DNA of 64,000 nt from the NCBI GenBank assembly GCA_951406725.2, contig OX597820.1:35030001-35094000 (forward strand), in the 5' to 3' direction. Positions within the stretch are counted from its first letter, which is position 1. Each line of letters starts with the position of its first letter. Below the pieces are notes generated by a model. The model made no database searches, was not told where the DNA came from, and was given only the letters and a program-made list of their open reading frames with translations. The position numbers and the translations under genes were made by a program. The DNA comes from Octopus vulgaris (lineage: Eukaryota). Of the stretch, positions 23,666 through 35,640 are shown in pieces.

Positions 23666-24434
23666 GAATATTTGAGATAATAGAAATCTTAACTTTTCAT
23701 AGAAATTTAAAATATCGAAATTGTTAGACATTTTTGTGAGCAGTGTGTGTTTGTACAATGAAATATTTTACAAGCAATTTAATCTGATAGATTAGAGATA
23801 ATACATTTATCGATCCACTGAAACGAGATATAATCCATCAGTACATTGTGATATCGATTAATCGATAATATCAGTCCTGTCACTTCAGTAATGCATATGA
23901 ACTTTTCAAAATTATTTTGAGAACATCATATATTGATTTTATATAGAAATTGTATTCTTAATTATACTAATTACAATTGTATAATTATTCATTCAATTAA
24001 GTTATAGTACCAAATCCAACGAATCTAAAGAACACTTTTCGACTGTCACAACAGAAAAGAAATATAAAGCGAAACTAATTAATTAAAATGCTACCAGAGG
24101 AAATTGAAACCGTTACTATAGACACCACAAACTGGGACTCATTATTATTTTCCACAGATCGACAAGAGTTAGTTACATATTGAGGTGGTATGTCAATAGA
24201 TAGAAATATCACGTGACGACAACAATCAGCTATGTTCCAAGACTTTCTAATATACATACATACGTGTATGTATGTATGTATGTATGTACGTGTAAAAGTG
24301 GAATTTGGTCAACTGTAAATGGAAATCACACAAAGTCGAGAAAATTATGACAGTAATATTTCTTAAACACAATATGAAACAAACAATGATTACATTAGTT
24401 CTATGGAACCTTACGAACAATCAATAATTAATTA

Positions 24435-25700
24435 CGTGGTCTGATCAACAAATATCCGGAGTGTTGCCATGGTAACGAAGCTAAAGGACTCAGAGTAAAG
24501 CCGCTTAACAAAAATTGACCTTGAACTCTGCTGAGCATGCGCACTAAGTTTTAACGTTCTAACACACTTCCGCTGTTTACAGCAGTGCTTGGAAGGAACG
24601 TGTGTAGCGTGTGATCGTCGCATTGACCATGACAGAGAAAGTTGAGCAGAGAATCTGCATCAAATTTTGCCAAAAGCTTCGCGATATCTGCTCAGACGTA
24701 AAGTCGCAGAAACTGTATGGAGTGGGCGTATGAGTCGCACAAAGTGTACGAGTAGTTCCGACGTTTCCAAGATGGCCGAAAAATATCGATTGTGACGAAC
24801 GTCTTGGGAGACTTGCAACCAGCAGAAATGAGAAAAACACCGCAGATGCGCCTGCAGCTTTGAGGGGGAATCGTCGAATCACCATCCGTGGGTTATCAGA
24901 GGATGTGCGGATTAGTTACGGTTCAGTTCAGTCCATTATCACTGAAGATTTCTGTATGAGACGCGTGTCTACCATGTTTGTACCCAAACTGCTTTCAGCT
25001 GGCCAAAAGGACACTCGGGTTTCAGTTGCATAAGATCTTGATTGTGTCGAGAACGATGAAGACTTTTTTGAAAATGTTCATAATGGGTGATGAGTCGTGG
25101 GATATAGGTATGACCTCGAAACAAAGGCCCAGTCTTCGCAGTGTAAGACCCCAACCTCTCATGAGTTGAAGCAATGTGAAGACACTATTGACGGTTCTTT
25201 TCGACTACCAGGGGAATGTTCATCATGAGAGTTGTCCACAAAGAGTATGACCGTGACGTTTTGCGGCGCTTGATGGATTCTATTCGTCGGAAAAGGCCAC
25301 AATTGTATGTGTCCGGTGGGTGGCAATTGCACGATGACAACGCACCTTGCCCATTCAGCGCAGCTTGTGTGGCAGTTTTTGGCTAGGCACAGCATTTCTC
25401 AAGTCCAATAGCCACCGTATTCTCCAGATCCCATCCCCTTGTGACTTTTTCCTCTTTCCAAAAATCAAATCTCGCTTGAAAGGAATAAGATTTCAGGACG
25501 TCGATGAAATCAAAATGAATGCAACGAGCCAGCTGCTGATTATCCCAGAAAACGAGTTCGAGGAATGCTTCCATCAATGGAAACAGCACTGAATTAAGTG
25601 TGTGGCTTCTGAAGGGGACAAGGAGAATAAATACCAACTTGATACGTGTTGTAGTTTTGTTTTTATAGCACCAAGCTGGATACTTACTGATCAGACGTCG
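24435..25700 (+). mobile_element. Mariner DNA transposon, full length (1266 bp), decayed transposase
   Basis: TIRs CGTGGTCTGATCAACAAATATCC and GGATACTTACTGATCAGACGTCG, TA on both sides; GDESW, HDDNA and SPCDFFLFPKIK motifs in different frames. Confidence 0.93.
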
Positions 25701-25744
25701 TATACAAAGTACTTTAATAAATTACATATACGGTCCTTTCGAGC

Positions 25745-25816
25745 AGCAGAGTGGCGCAGTGGAAGCGTGCTGGGCCCATAACCCAGAGGTCCGTAGATCG
25801 AAACTACGTTCTGCTA
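25745..25816 (+). tRNA. tRNA-iMet-CAT: tRNA-iMet (CAU), acceptor-stem variant (G:U wobble)
   Basis: 72-mer ending CTACGTTCTGCTA; T-run downstream; mariner inserted 44 bp upstream. Confidence 0.9.
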
Positions 25817-26050
25817 GTAAGTTAATTTTTTTTTTCATCAAGTGGTATTAAAATGCTGATGTGGTTCAAATTTTAGCATTTGATAGTAAAGCCGTTTAAT
25901 CTTCATTTGTACGATATCATAAAATTGATTTTATAGCTAGAAAACAGATATAAAAATAAAATATGAGATCGCTAAACATAAATTTCGCGTAATAGATGAT
26001 GAAATTGATCAATGATATTTATCAATAGATGTTCACGAAATATGTCATTC

Positions 26051-26120
26051 AACAGAGATGTTTAGTGGGAGTGTATTAGATTTAAAATCCAGAGATCTAT
26101 AGAATCGAAACCCAGTTTGC
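26051..26120 (+). pseudogene. tRNA-iMet pseudogene, heavily decayed
   Basis: AACAGAGATGTTTAGTGGGAGTGT...CCAGAGATCTATAGAATCGAAAC is colinear with the tRNA. Confidence 0.6.
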
Positions 26121-26510
26121 GGGAAAACTTCAAGTTCATTCACAGCAGTCCAGCAGTAATTCTCACTTCTTTGAAAATCAGAACTAAATATCTCTCACGG
26201 GACATAAAACGAAAATGAATGACAAGCAGTTACAGGAAATAAACTAAATATTTGGCACATTGCCCTTTCTATTCAACCATATATCTACATGTGGAGGCGC
26301 ATGGCTTAGTAGATCGTAAGATTGTGGTTTCGATTCTTGGACCCGGTAAACGCGTCGTGTTCTTGAGCAAAACACTATTTCACGTTGCTCCAGTTCACTG
26401 AAGCTGGCAAAAATGCGTAATCCTGCAATGGACCGGCGTCCTGTCCAGAAAGGGTAATATATCTGCCATGAAACCAGGAAACTGGCCCTTAAGAGTTATT
26501 AGTCAAGAAG

Positions 26511-26601
<91 letters not shown>

Positions 26602-27012
26602 GTACAAAGTGAAATTCTCAATCTCATTGATTGTTATTGTTTAGGCATTGCAGGTAAAATGATCAAAAGCATTCCAAAAATGAACATCCCATCGATTTAA
26701 GTATCTGTTACGCTACTTTAGCAATATATTAACTTTCTTTTGTCAAGGCTAATGTGTTTTCAGGGACATTGGATTGCTATTTCATGTTGAGTGGACCCAA
26801 TATTCATACATCAAACCAAAAACGTGCGCGCGCACGCATGTATGGTTTCTAATATATTCATGTAGTCATAAAATAATTTTTTGTTTTGTGATTCAAGAAA
26901 AAAATCCAATTTCTTTCCTATCAAATACTGAACGCTGAACACTGAATCACATCAATATCTCAACCAATAGTGGATGATGAAAAGAAAAATATCTAAGAAA
27001 AAAAAAATTTGC

Positions 27013-27084
27013 TTGCAGAGCATAATTTCGATCCTCAGACGTCTGGTTTATGTGGACAGCACGCTTCCACCGCGACACTGATTC
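27013..27084 (-). pseudogene. tRNA-iMet pseudogene
   Basis: Full-length, many substitutions; upstream flank matches that of the intact 16375 copy. Confidence 0.85.
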
Positions 27085-27392
27085 TGAATGACGACAGCTA
27101 TATATTTTATGCATTATTGGTTTTTGTAAGGTTCCATGCACCGTTTAATGTTATCTCTTTTTCTGACGTATAACATTCTTTAGTAAAAATTATTGTACGA
27201 TTTCCTCAATGATTCTGTGAAATTTCTGTTCACTTGAAAGCTCCCCTTAATTTGTGGCTGTAGATAGCTCTCAGCAATAAGATCAGTATTTTGATATTTC
27301 CGACGAAATAATGATTTTCCTCTTAGGTATTGAATGTAGAACTACATAAATATTTGTGTATTTGATAAAAATTAAATGATCTCTGGAATAGT

Positions 27393-27464
27393 TAGCAGAG
27401 CGTAGTTTCGATCTACGTACCTCTGGGTTATGGGCCCAGCACGCTTCCCCTGCGCCACTCTGCT
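27393..27464 (-). tRNA. tRNA-iMet-CAT: tRNA-iMet (CAU), T16G plus variable-loop C>A variant
   Basis: Shares T16G and both flanks with the 15954 copy; additional GGTAC for GGTCC change. Confidence 0.8.
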
Positions 27465-27673
27465 CCACAGATGCAAACGCTTATATATAACATATTATTG
27501 ATTGTTGGCAAATTTCCATACGGGAAATATAGAAAGTGACAATTTATATAATCTTGATTTATACAATTTTCTATTGTGTGGTTTTCATTGAATCACATCA
27601 ATGCCTCAACAGCGGATGATGGAAAGAATAAAAATGTCAAAAAAGTGAGAGAAAGAAAAAAAAACAACAACGC

Positions 27674-27745
27674 TAGCAGAACGTAGTTTCGATCTACGGA
27701 CCTCTGGGTTATGGGCCCAGCACGCTTCCACTGCGCCACTCTGCT
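27674..27745 (-). tRNA. tRNA-iMet-CAT: tRNA-iMet (CAU), acceptor-stem variant (G:U wobble)
   Basis: Same CTACGTTCTGCTA variant as the 25745 copy; T-runs downstream. Confidence 0.9.
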
Positions 27746-28225
27746 TCACGAAGTATTGTCCTTATACATAACGTATTGTTGGTTGATCGTAAGGTTCCAT
27801 ATGAGAATTGCAGAAAGCGAGACCTAATGTAACCTGTATTTGTGCCATGTTGTATTGTGAGACATATTACAGTTATCTCTGGCTTGTGTGGTTTCCATTC
27901 ACATTGATCAAATTTCTCTCCTCACCCCTTTCTTTCCCTCTATTTCCACACACATACATTGTCAGTTTCCTTATAAAGCACACATACATCATAATATGGG
28001 CGAAGATAAAGAATACGCACACCACCCGTTTTCGGCTGTTAGGGTTAGTGTTAGGGTTACGCAGAAAACGTGTCGTGTGCGTATACTTTACTTCGGCCTA
28101 CAATATATATACAGTACCTTATTCAATACTGTATATAACTATAGATACGCTGACGTTTGTGAGAAAATATAATCAATACTATATTTTTGTCTCCGTTGGA
28201 TCCCTTTTCCTTCTCTTGTTTGAAG

Positions 28226-28274
<49 letters not shown>

Positions 28275-28524
28275 GATAGATAGATATGGAGAGGGGGTGT
28301 TGAGAAAAGGAGACAGATAAAATTATATATTCAAAGTTATTTTCTAACATGTCTTAAAATCTGTAAGGTCGTTCTTTCGACTCCTAGACTTTGTTTTTAA
28401 TAAAAAACATTTAATTTGACTTCGTTCTTGTCCCCTCAGCTAAAAATGATAACAGGCAGCAATTAGGATTATCCTGTGAAGGACTAGCCACCATTTTGAA
28501 AAAGTAATTTTTTAGATAATTAAT

Positions 28525-28597
28525 TAGCCGAACGTAGTTTCTTTTTACAGATATCTGAATTAGGAACCTTACTACTCTTCCACTATTCCAAACTGAA
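28525..28597 (-). pseudogene. tRNA-iMet pseudogene, heavily decayed
   Basis: TAGCCGAACGTAGTTTC and CTTCCACT blocks at tRNA spacing. Confidence 0.5.
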
Positions 28598-29026
28598 TTT
28601 TAAGAAACTTACGCCATCCATATAATATTCCGTTAATTATTATTACTTATAATTACTTATAACAGTAAGCTCGTATCGTTTGTGGCAAATCATTCAGTGG
28701 CGTATTGCATTTTTGATCGCTTACATGTCATAAAGACTGCGTTGTAACACGATCTTATGTGCCTGTAGACTACCCAGCTGGCGGTGCACTGTGTTCATTT
28801 CACGTTGTCCCAATCCACTCTGAGTAACCACGTAAAGGAATAGCCTTCCGATTAGCGGGGATGTTGACCTGTTCGCCTAGCGGGGTGGTATCATTCGAAA
28901 GCTAAAACAATGCGAAGCGCATTGTGACAAGCGTATAGCAACAACCGATAGTCTGGTCGATTCCATGAAATATATATATATATAGCAATAATAAATCTCT
29001 AAACGAGATATAAACAGTAACTGCTC

Positions 29027-29424
29027 TATAACATAAGGGGCATCAGCCATCTGAATGTGGCTAGGAACAGGGCAGGGCGGTGGGGGTGTTACTGATGCAT
29101 TTAGCCCCAGGCGATCATCAACGTCACCAGGAGGGCTGACACCATCTCGGTGTCCTCTAGCCTGCAAAGGGAGATCATTCCCCGAAGACGCGGATGCTAC
29201 ATACGGACCAGGTTTCAAGGTATTTGCCTACCTTGAAACCTGGTCCGTATGTAGCACCCGCGTCTTCGGGGAATGATCTCCATTTGCAGGCTAGAGGACA
29301 CCGAGATGGTGTCAGCCCTCCTGGTGACGTTGATGATCGCCTGGGGCTAAATGCATCAGTAACACCCCCACCGCCCTGCCCTGTCCCTAGCCACATTCAG
29401 ATGGCTGATGCCCCTTATGTTATA
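29027..29424. repeat. Near-perfect palindrome, 196-bp arms, 6-nt loop
   Basis: 29027-29222 versus 29229-29424, three mismatches counted by eye; loop TTTGCC. Confidence 0.97.
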
Positions 29425-29650
29425 TATATATATATATGAATAAAAAATGGAGTTAACGCAGGTGTAATCAAATATTTTTACTTTCGACACATGTTTCGAA
29501 AATTCCACTGATACTATTCAAATGAATAAATGGTATAAACAATGCAATCTTCTCCTCAGTTACAACACCTTTACTTGTGAGATTTTTGCTGCCCTGGTAA
29601 CTATTTATTTATTTTTCCGTGTTAATTGTTAACAAGGTAAAAATACTCTC

Positions 29651-29689
<39 letters not shown>

Positions 29690-30332
29690 TATTTCTGTGT
29701 GTGCGTATATATATATATATATACTCGGACACATGTTTTTCTAGTCAGCAACGTAATATTGTAGAGACGTCATCGGATTGTGTGTGTGTGTGTGTATGCT
29801 TGCGTGTGTGTTTAGTCGCTTTAATTATTCACCGGCGTAACACTGTAGAACCATCATAGACAAACACACAATAATCTTCATAAGCTGGAACTGCGTTCTG
29901 CTACAGAGTTGCAATTAATTATTTGTATTTAACATACTATAATTTTGGCGAAGATTTAATTATTTTTGTAATGAAATTAATATTTGCACAAATATTTGTA
30001 TAGAATATTAAATCTACTGTAGTATAACATATGTCATTGATATTTAATGAAACGTAGAGATACTATAAATCTAGATTTTTATCTATTTCGGTGAACGGCC
30101 TTTATTATTGGGGAATTAACAAATGAGATGCTGAGGCATTCATACATTTTAGAAAGGGAAAATAGTAGAATACAAAGACGAAGATTTTTCTCACCTGCAA
30201 ATGGACAATATGTAGTTTACTGCTTATAGTGAAAGTATAAAGTCGATCTTATTATGATGTCATAGATATGATTTGCCGCAAATGATACAAGCTTACTGTT
30301 ATAAGTAATAATAATTAACGGTATGTTATATG

Positions 30333-30753
30333 TTTAAGGCGGCGAGCTGGCAGAATCGTTAGCACGCAGGGTGAAATGTTTAGTGGTATTTCGTCTGCCG
30401 CTACGTTCTGAGTTCAATTTCCGCCGAGGTTGACATTGCCTTTCATCCTTTCGGGGTCGATAAACTAAGTATCAGTTTCACACTGGGGTCGATGTAATCG
30501 ACTTAATCCGTTTGTCTGTCCTTGTTTGTCCTCTCTGTGTTTAACCCCTTGTGGGTAGTAAAGAAATAGATATGTTACATATTTCTTTACTACCCACAAG
30601 GGGCTAAACATAGAGGGGACAAACAAGGACAGACAAAGGGATTAAGTCGATTACATCGACCCCAGTGTGAAACTGGTACTTTATTTATCGACCCCGAAAG
30701 GATGAAAGGCTAAGTCGACCTCGGCGGAATTTGAACTCAGTAGTAAAGAAGTA
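30333..30753. mobile_element. Meta-type SINE with inverted partial duplicate
   Basis: + copy 30335-30568 then - copy 30580-30740; 13-bp TSD GGTATGTTATATG at 30320-30332 and 30754-30766. Confidence 0.85.
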
Positions 30754-30786
30754 GGTATGTTATATGGATGGCGTAAGTTCCTTAAA

Positions 30787-30860
30787 ATTCAGTTTGGAAT
30801 AGTGGAAGAGTCGTAAGGATCCTAATTAAGGTATCTGTAAAAAGAAACTACGTTCAGCTA
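30787..30860 (+). pseudogene. tRNA-iMet pseudogene, inverted duplicate of the 28525 remnant
   Basis: AGTGGAAG...GAAACTACGTTCAGCTA; lies in the arm duplicated from 28493-28693. Confidence 0.5.
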
Positions 30861-31887
30861 ATTAATTATCTAAAAAATTACTTTTTCAAAATCTTAATTG
30901 GTAATGTACGTTTGACAAGTTTATGTATATACCATATTCATATGATACTGCAGCGAGCCCTCTGCTGAGTTTCAAACCATTTCTCACAGAATCCCTAATT
31001 TAGAATCGCAGCCTATCTATATGGCCTTTAAGGATAAACAGCTACCAACAATAAACCCTGTCGCCATAAAGAGTATTAACGCCTACGTGGACTTGGTTCA
31101 CCCAATCAGATTGGCTGATATATAATCAAATAAGCGGTAGATTCGAAAGTAGGTCTTATGAATTCTCCCCCCACCCCCACCCCACATCCAATAGTTTTTT
31201 TTTAAGGGGAAGGTTTTAGAAGCTTGACTAAAATTTTAAAAAGTCGAGACATTGTACTTCCAAACAGAACAACTTCAGGTGATACACGGAAATCTGTCAG
31301 ATTTTGTGATAAGTTGTTATCCCTTTTTCAGTTTATTCTAACTTTAATAACTACGAATGGCATAAATATTTGTATGTATCCCATTCCATTATCTTTTGTA
31401 TGATGTATTCAAATATTCGTCGTACATTTATAAACGCAAATGTACCCAGCAATAAAATAAATATGGAAACTAAATGAATTACGCACACTCTACTTATTAC
31501 TGTAGACTACCAACGACAGTTTAATGACTAAAACCCCTAAAATTGGCATGGGGTGCATGTGAATGAGTGTGTGCAAAGTGGACGACCAGCACAACATATA
31601 TTAAAACAACTGTAAAGACAGTTACAGATATATATATCAAACTCTTTATGCGCTGCTATGGTCGTGCGCATCCTAATCGCTTTAACAACATTCGTATAAG
31701 AGCGATTATTACGTTTTCTCAGTAAACAGCACTGAGTAGATGAATCTTGATGATGGCTTTAACGAAAGTTTAGACTAGTCTATGGAAAGCTGCGAAGATT
31801 CTTATGATTTCACGCCTAGGCTAAAAATACGTTTATATAACATGCGATCATATATATATATATATATATAGATAGATATATATATAT

Positions 31888-32125
31888 ATCACGTGATCAC
31901 GTGACCGACCAGACCATCAGATGTTGCTACACATCGCTGGTCACAATGCGTTCGCATTGTTTTTTAACCTTCGAATGACGCCACATTGCTGGCTAAGCGA
32001 GCAGGCCAACAGAAGAAAGAGTGAAAGAAAGAGTGGTGAAAGAGTACAGCAGGGATCACCACCCCCTTCCGGAGCCTCGTGGAGCTTTTAGGTGTTTTCG
32101 CTCAATAAACACTCACAAGGCCCGA
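31888..32125 (-). mobile_element. SINE-like 3' fragment in (TA)n
   Basis: Aligns in reverse with 28860-28970 (AAAACAATGCGAA..GCATTGTGAC..TCTGGTCG). Confidence 0.55.
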
Positions 32126-32282
32126 TATATATATATATATATATATAGATAGATAGATATAATTGAAGAAACTGGAGTCAAGAAGGAGTACGGTTGGACA
32201 GTTATTTTTTAATCACTACAATTGTTTCCAACCAACATGGTTCTCCTAAAATGCAGGAATTTGACTATATGTATATATATAT

Positions 32283-32350
<68 letters not shown>

Positions 32351-32353
32351 CAA

Positions 32354-32401
<48 letters not shown>

Positions 32402-32579
32402 GTGTGAGTATGTATACATGTACATATGTGTGTATATATATATTTAGAAAGGCCTAAATATGAATGCAAAAAAGACAATAGTCCTTAGTAAGACAATACA
32501 AAAGGAAGCGAACAAAGGTTTATGAACAGAAGCTTGAACAACTAAACAAATATCTTCAAGTATTTAAGACAAATAAATT

Positions 32580-33060
32580 AGGAACGTCGCTTTGCGGAAG
32601 TCGTTACTCAAAAAAATGAATAAGACTAAAATGACATTTATAAGAATGAAAAAAGACCTTCACCTCAAAAGACGTAAGACTGCAGCTAACATTGAGACCA
32701 ATAAACTGTGTATTAGGCCAATTGTATGGGACAGAAAATAGATGCCATTGAAACGTAGATTGGGTAGATTAAGAGGGAAAGACAGGGTAATAAAAGCTAC
32801 AGTGCTAGAAAAGCTGTAAGTCCAGAGATATCTATTGTTGAGAATTAAGTCCATAAAGCTGTCATGTTTTAGACATATGATATGCTAGAGCATCATGGCA
32901 CGAAGTGTGGAAGGAGGGACAGAGCCTATATCACACATTTGTGGGCTGACGACATCAATGAATAGACTGGAAGCAAGAGCTGGCCAGACTAATTATATGC
33001 ATGCCACACGGCACAAACCGACCCCTGAACACTGGAAGGGAACCTAGCTAATGTTGATGA
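32580..33060 (+). mobile_element. Degraded RTE-like LINE 3' remnant
   Basis: LLRIKSIKLSCFRHMI resembles the RTE C-terminal IKxRKLxxFGHI motif; heavily interrupted. Confidence 0.4.
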
Positions 33061-33508
33061 TATATTTACCTAGGACCAGTTTCAATCCCCCAAAATTTGT
33101 ATTACGATATCAGCACAAAGTTCCTATCCACCACTGTTGTAATAACCAGCCAACGAAGAAAAAAATATGTTATTGATTGAATCATATGTTCATCAAATTA
33201 GTTTGCTTTAAAACAATGATATCTGTTTTTCAAGAAAGATAAATGTGACGTAAAACAACGTTAATTTATGGCAGGCTGTGTTTGCAGTATTTCTATTCCC
33301 AGTGGAACTATTAAACTATATTTCAAAACAAATCTCTACCATTCTGAGAACGGTTGTTGACATCTCATTATTGGCAGTGGTTTCTTAAAAAATGCTAAGA
33401 CATCATGCAACAGAAAAACCTCCCATATGTAATACAGCTAAGCATTAAAATACAGGAGGTTTTTTTTAATATGTTTACGATATTTAAAAAGGAAAAGAAA
33501 TATATGTA

Positions 33509-33572
33509 TAACTGAGTGTAGTTTCGATCTACGGACCTATAGGCCCACCATTCCCCACTGCGCCACTCTGTT
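33509..33572 (-). pseudogene. tRNA-iMet pseudogene with anticodon-arm deletion
   Basis: GTAGTTTCGATCTACGGACCT and CCACTGCGCCACTCTG retained; about 8 nt missing. Confidence 0.8.
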
Positions 33573-33729
33573 GAACAGCTACTGGCTTAAACCATATCCA
33601 TAAATATTATTCCATTTCATTGCTGATGCAATAATCTTTAGACTTTATGGATCATCCTTTATATAAGTATGTCTGTGTGAGTATATACATCTACATCTAC
33701 ATAACTATATCTGTATCTACATACATACG

Positions 33730-33796
<67 letters not shown>

Positions 33797-34605
33797 CTGC
33801 TTCCTTAGTAAGTTATTTCACACACACGCACAATACACACACACACACAAGCACAAACATATACACAATATACACCCGCATACACACAATGATTGATTGC
33901 AATTTTACTTATTCTAAAAAAGGTATAGCATTCTAAAACCGTCCATTTCGATATTTTTAGCTTCATAGATCTGTCAATGCCATAACCTTTTTTTATTGAC
34001 TCGACAATTCATCGAAATTACTTTACACTGTTTTTAAACTAAATTTGCAAGTACCATGATAACGACTGGCGAAGATACAAGAAGACTATTCGATTTCATC
34101 ACGAATATAATTTTACCGTAAATTGAATGAAGAATTTATAAATATTTGTAATGATTCATTTAAAAATTCTTAGAATATTCAAACTCTACCGCTATCCGAT
34201 TCTCTACACTCTGCGTTCAAAATCCCACCGGTGTCATCTCTACTAATTATTCTATCGAGGTTGGTACAAAAGGAAATGCCGATCTCCGATGATGGATCTG
34301 TAAAATTGTAAGAATATTGGACAAAATGCCTTGCGGTATTTGTTCCCGCTCTTCGCGTTTCTGAGTTCAAATCCAGCCATGACCTACCTGGGTGGTAGGT
34401 CTAATCCGTTACCCGGTTTAACCTCACCACTTGGTACTTTGCGTGATTTGCTCCATCTGTAGCAAATATTCAGGCTAAGCCTTTTGTTTGATAATTTCTT
34501 CTACCTTCCCTCCGTTTTGAAAGCCCTGTGAAGGACCATAGGGACTACATTCTCGCCTAAAATAATAATTATATTATATGTATATATGTTTATGTATGTA
34601 TGTAT

Positions 34606-34638
<33 letters not shown>

Positions 34639-34769
34639 CAGGGTGTCCCCAAAAAATGTACTCACTCTTTGACAGACGATTGTATGTATATCAATAAACA
34701 TCTACTTGAACACAAAATGCATGACTACTGGGAAGTCAAAGAGTGAGTACATCTTTTTGTGACACCCTG
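34639..34769. mobile_element. Tc1/mariner-type MITE
   Basis: About 35-bp TIRs CAGGGTGTC...CTTTGAC / GTCAAAG...GACACCCTG, in (TA)n. Confidence 0.85.
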
Positions 34770-34946
34770 TATATATATATATATATATGCGTGTGTGTGT
34801 GTGTGTATGTATTTGTGTTCCCGTAACTTACCGATTCGACAAAAACCTCGATAACATAAGTGCCAGGCTTAGAAAATTCAAGGCGGTGCCACATCCTGGC
34901 CGCAATCTAATGACTGAAACAAGTGAAAGATAAAAGATATATATAT

Positions 34947-34985
<39 letters not shown>

Positions 34986-35069
34986 CATAAATATATGTGT
35001 GTGTATACATACATACATACATGTATAAATATATATATACATACATACATACATACATACATACATACA

Positions 35070-35100
<31 letters not shown>

Positions 35101-35109
35101 GTATATATA

Positions 35110-35389
35110 CATCAGTATCAGTTACTCCGGTGCTCTCGAGCACATTGAGCTGCAGGTTGACACCACTGGATTCTGTTGGCTGCGGTTTTATTTGCATCCA
35201 GCCAACTGATATTCTTCTGTCTCATATTATGCACCATGTGGTTTTCGGTTTTCCTCTCTTTCTTTTTTTCCATTCGGTAAGTGTACATTTGAAAGCTGTT
35301 TTAGAATGAGTTTGTTCTAGTAGCCGGAGTAGCATACTCTTGCTAATTTTAATCTTCGTTTGATCATGAACACACACACACATACACAC

Positions 35390-35482
<93 letters not shown>

Positions 35483-35640
35483 TGCAGAACATTGCTTAAA
35501 AAGAAGAGAAAGGGGGAAATGCAGAGTCCGGTTAGCATGATGTCGGTGGATCTACTGATGACATTCTGAGTAAGCTCTGTACGTCTTAACACACAGATTT
35601 GTCCGAGAAGATTCTTCTAGACAAGCGATGCCCTACGTTT
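35110..35640 (-). mobile_element. Degraded RTE-like LINE 3' remnant
   Basis: [11 protein letters not shown] motif; split by (CA)n. Confidence 0.5.

Noticed and set aside
28877-29439. Mirror-image ORFs on both strands
   Set aside because: A consequence of the GC-rich palindrome, not evidence of coding.
29481-29565. Minus-strand CTGAGGA ... GAAACATGTGTC hammerhead candidate
   Set aside because: Stem II is plausible but stem I does not pair.
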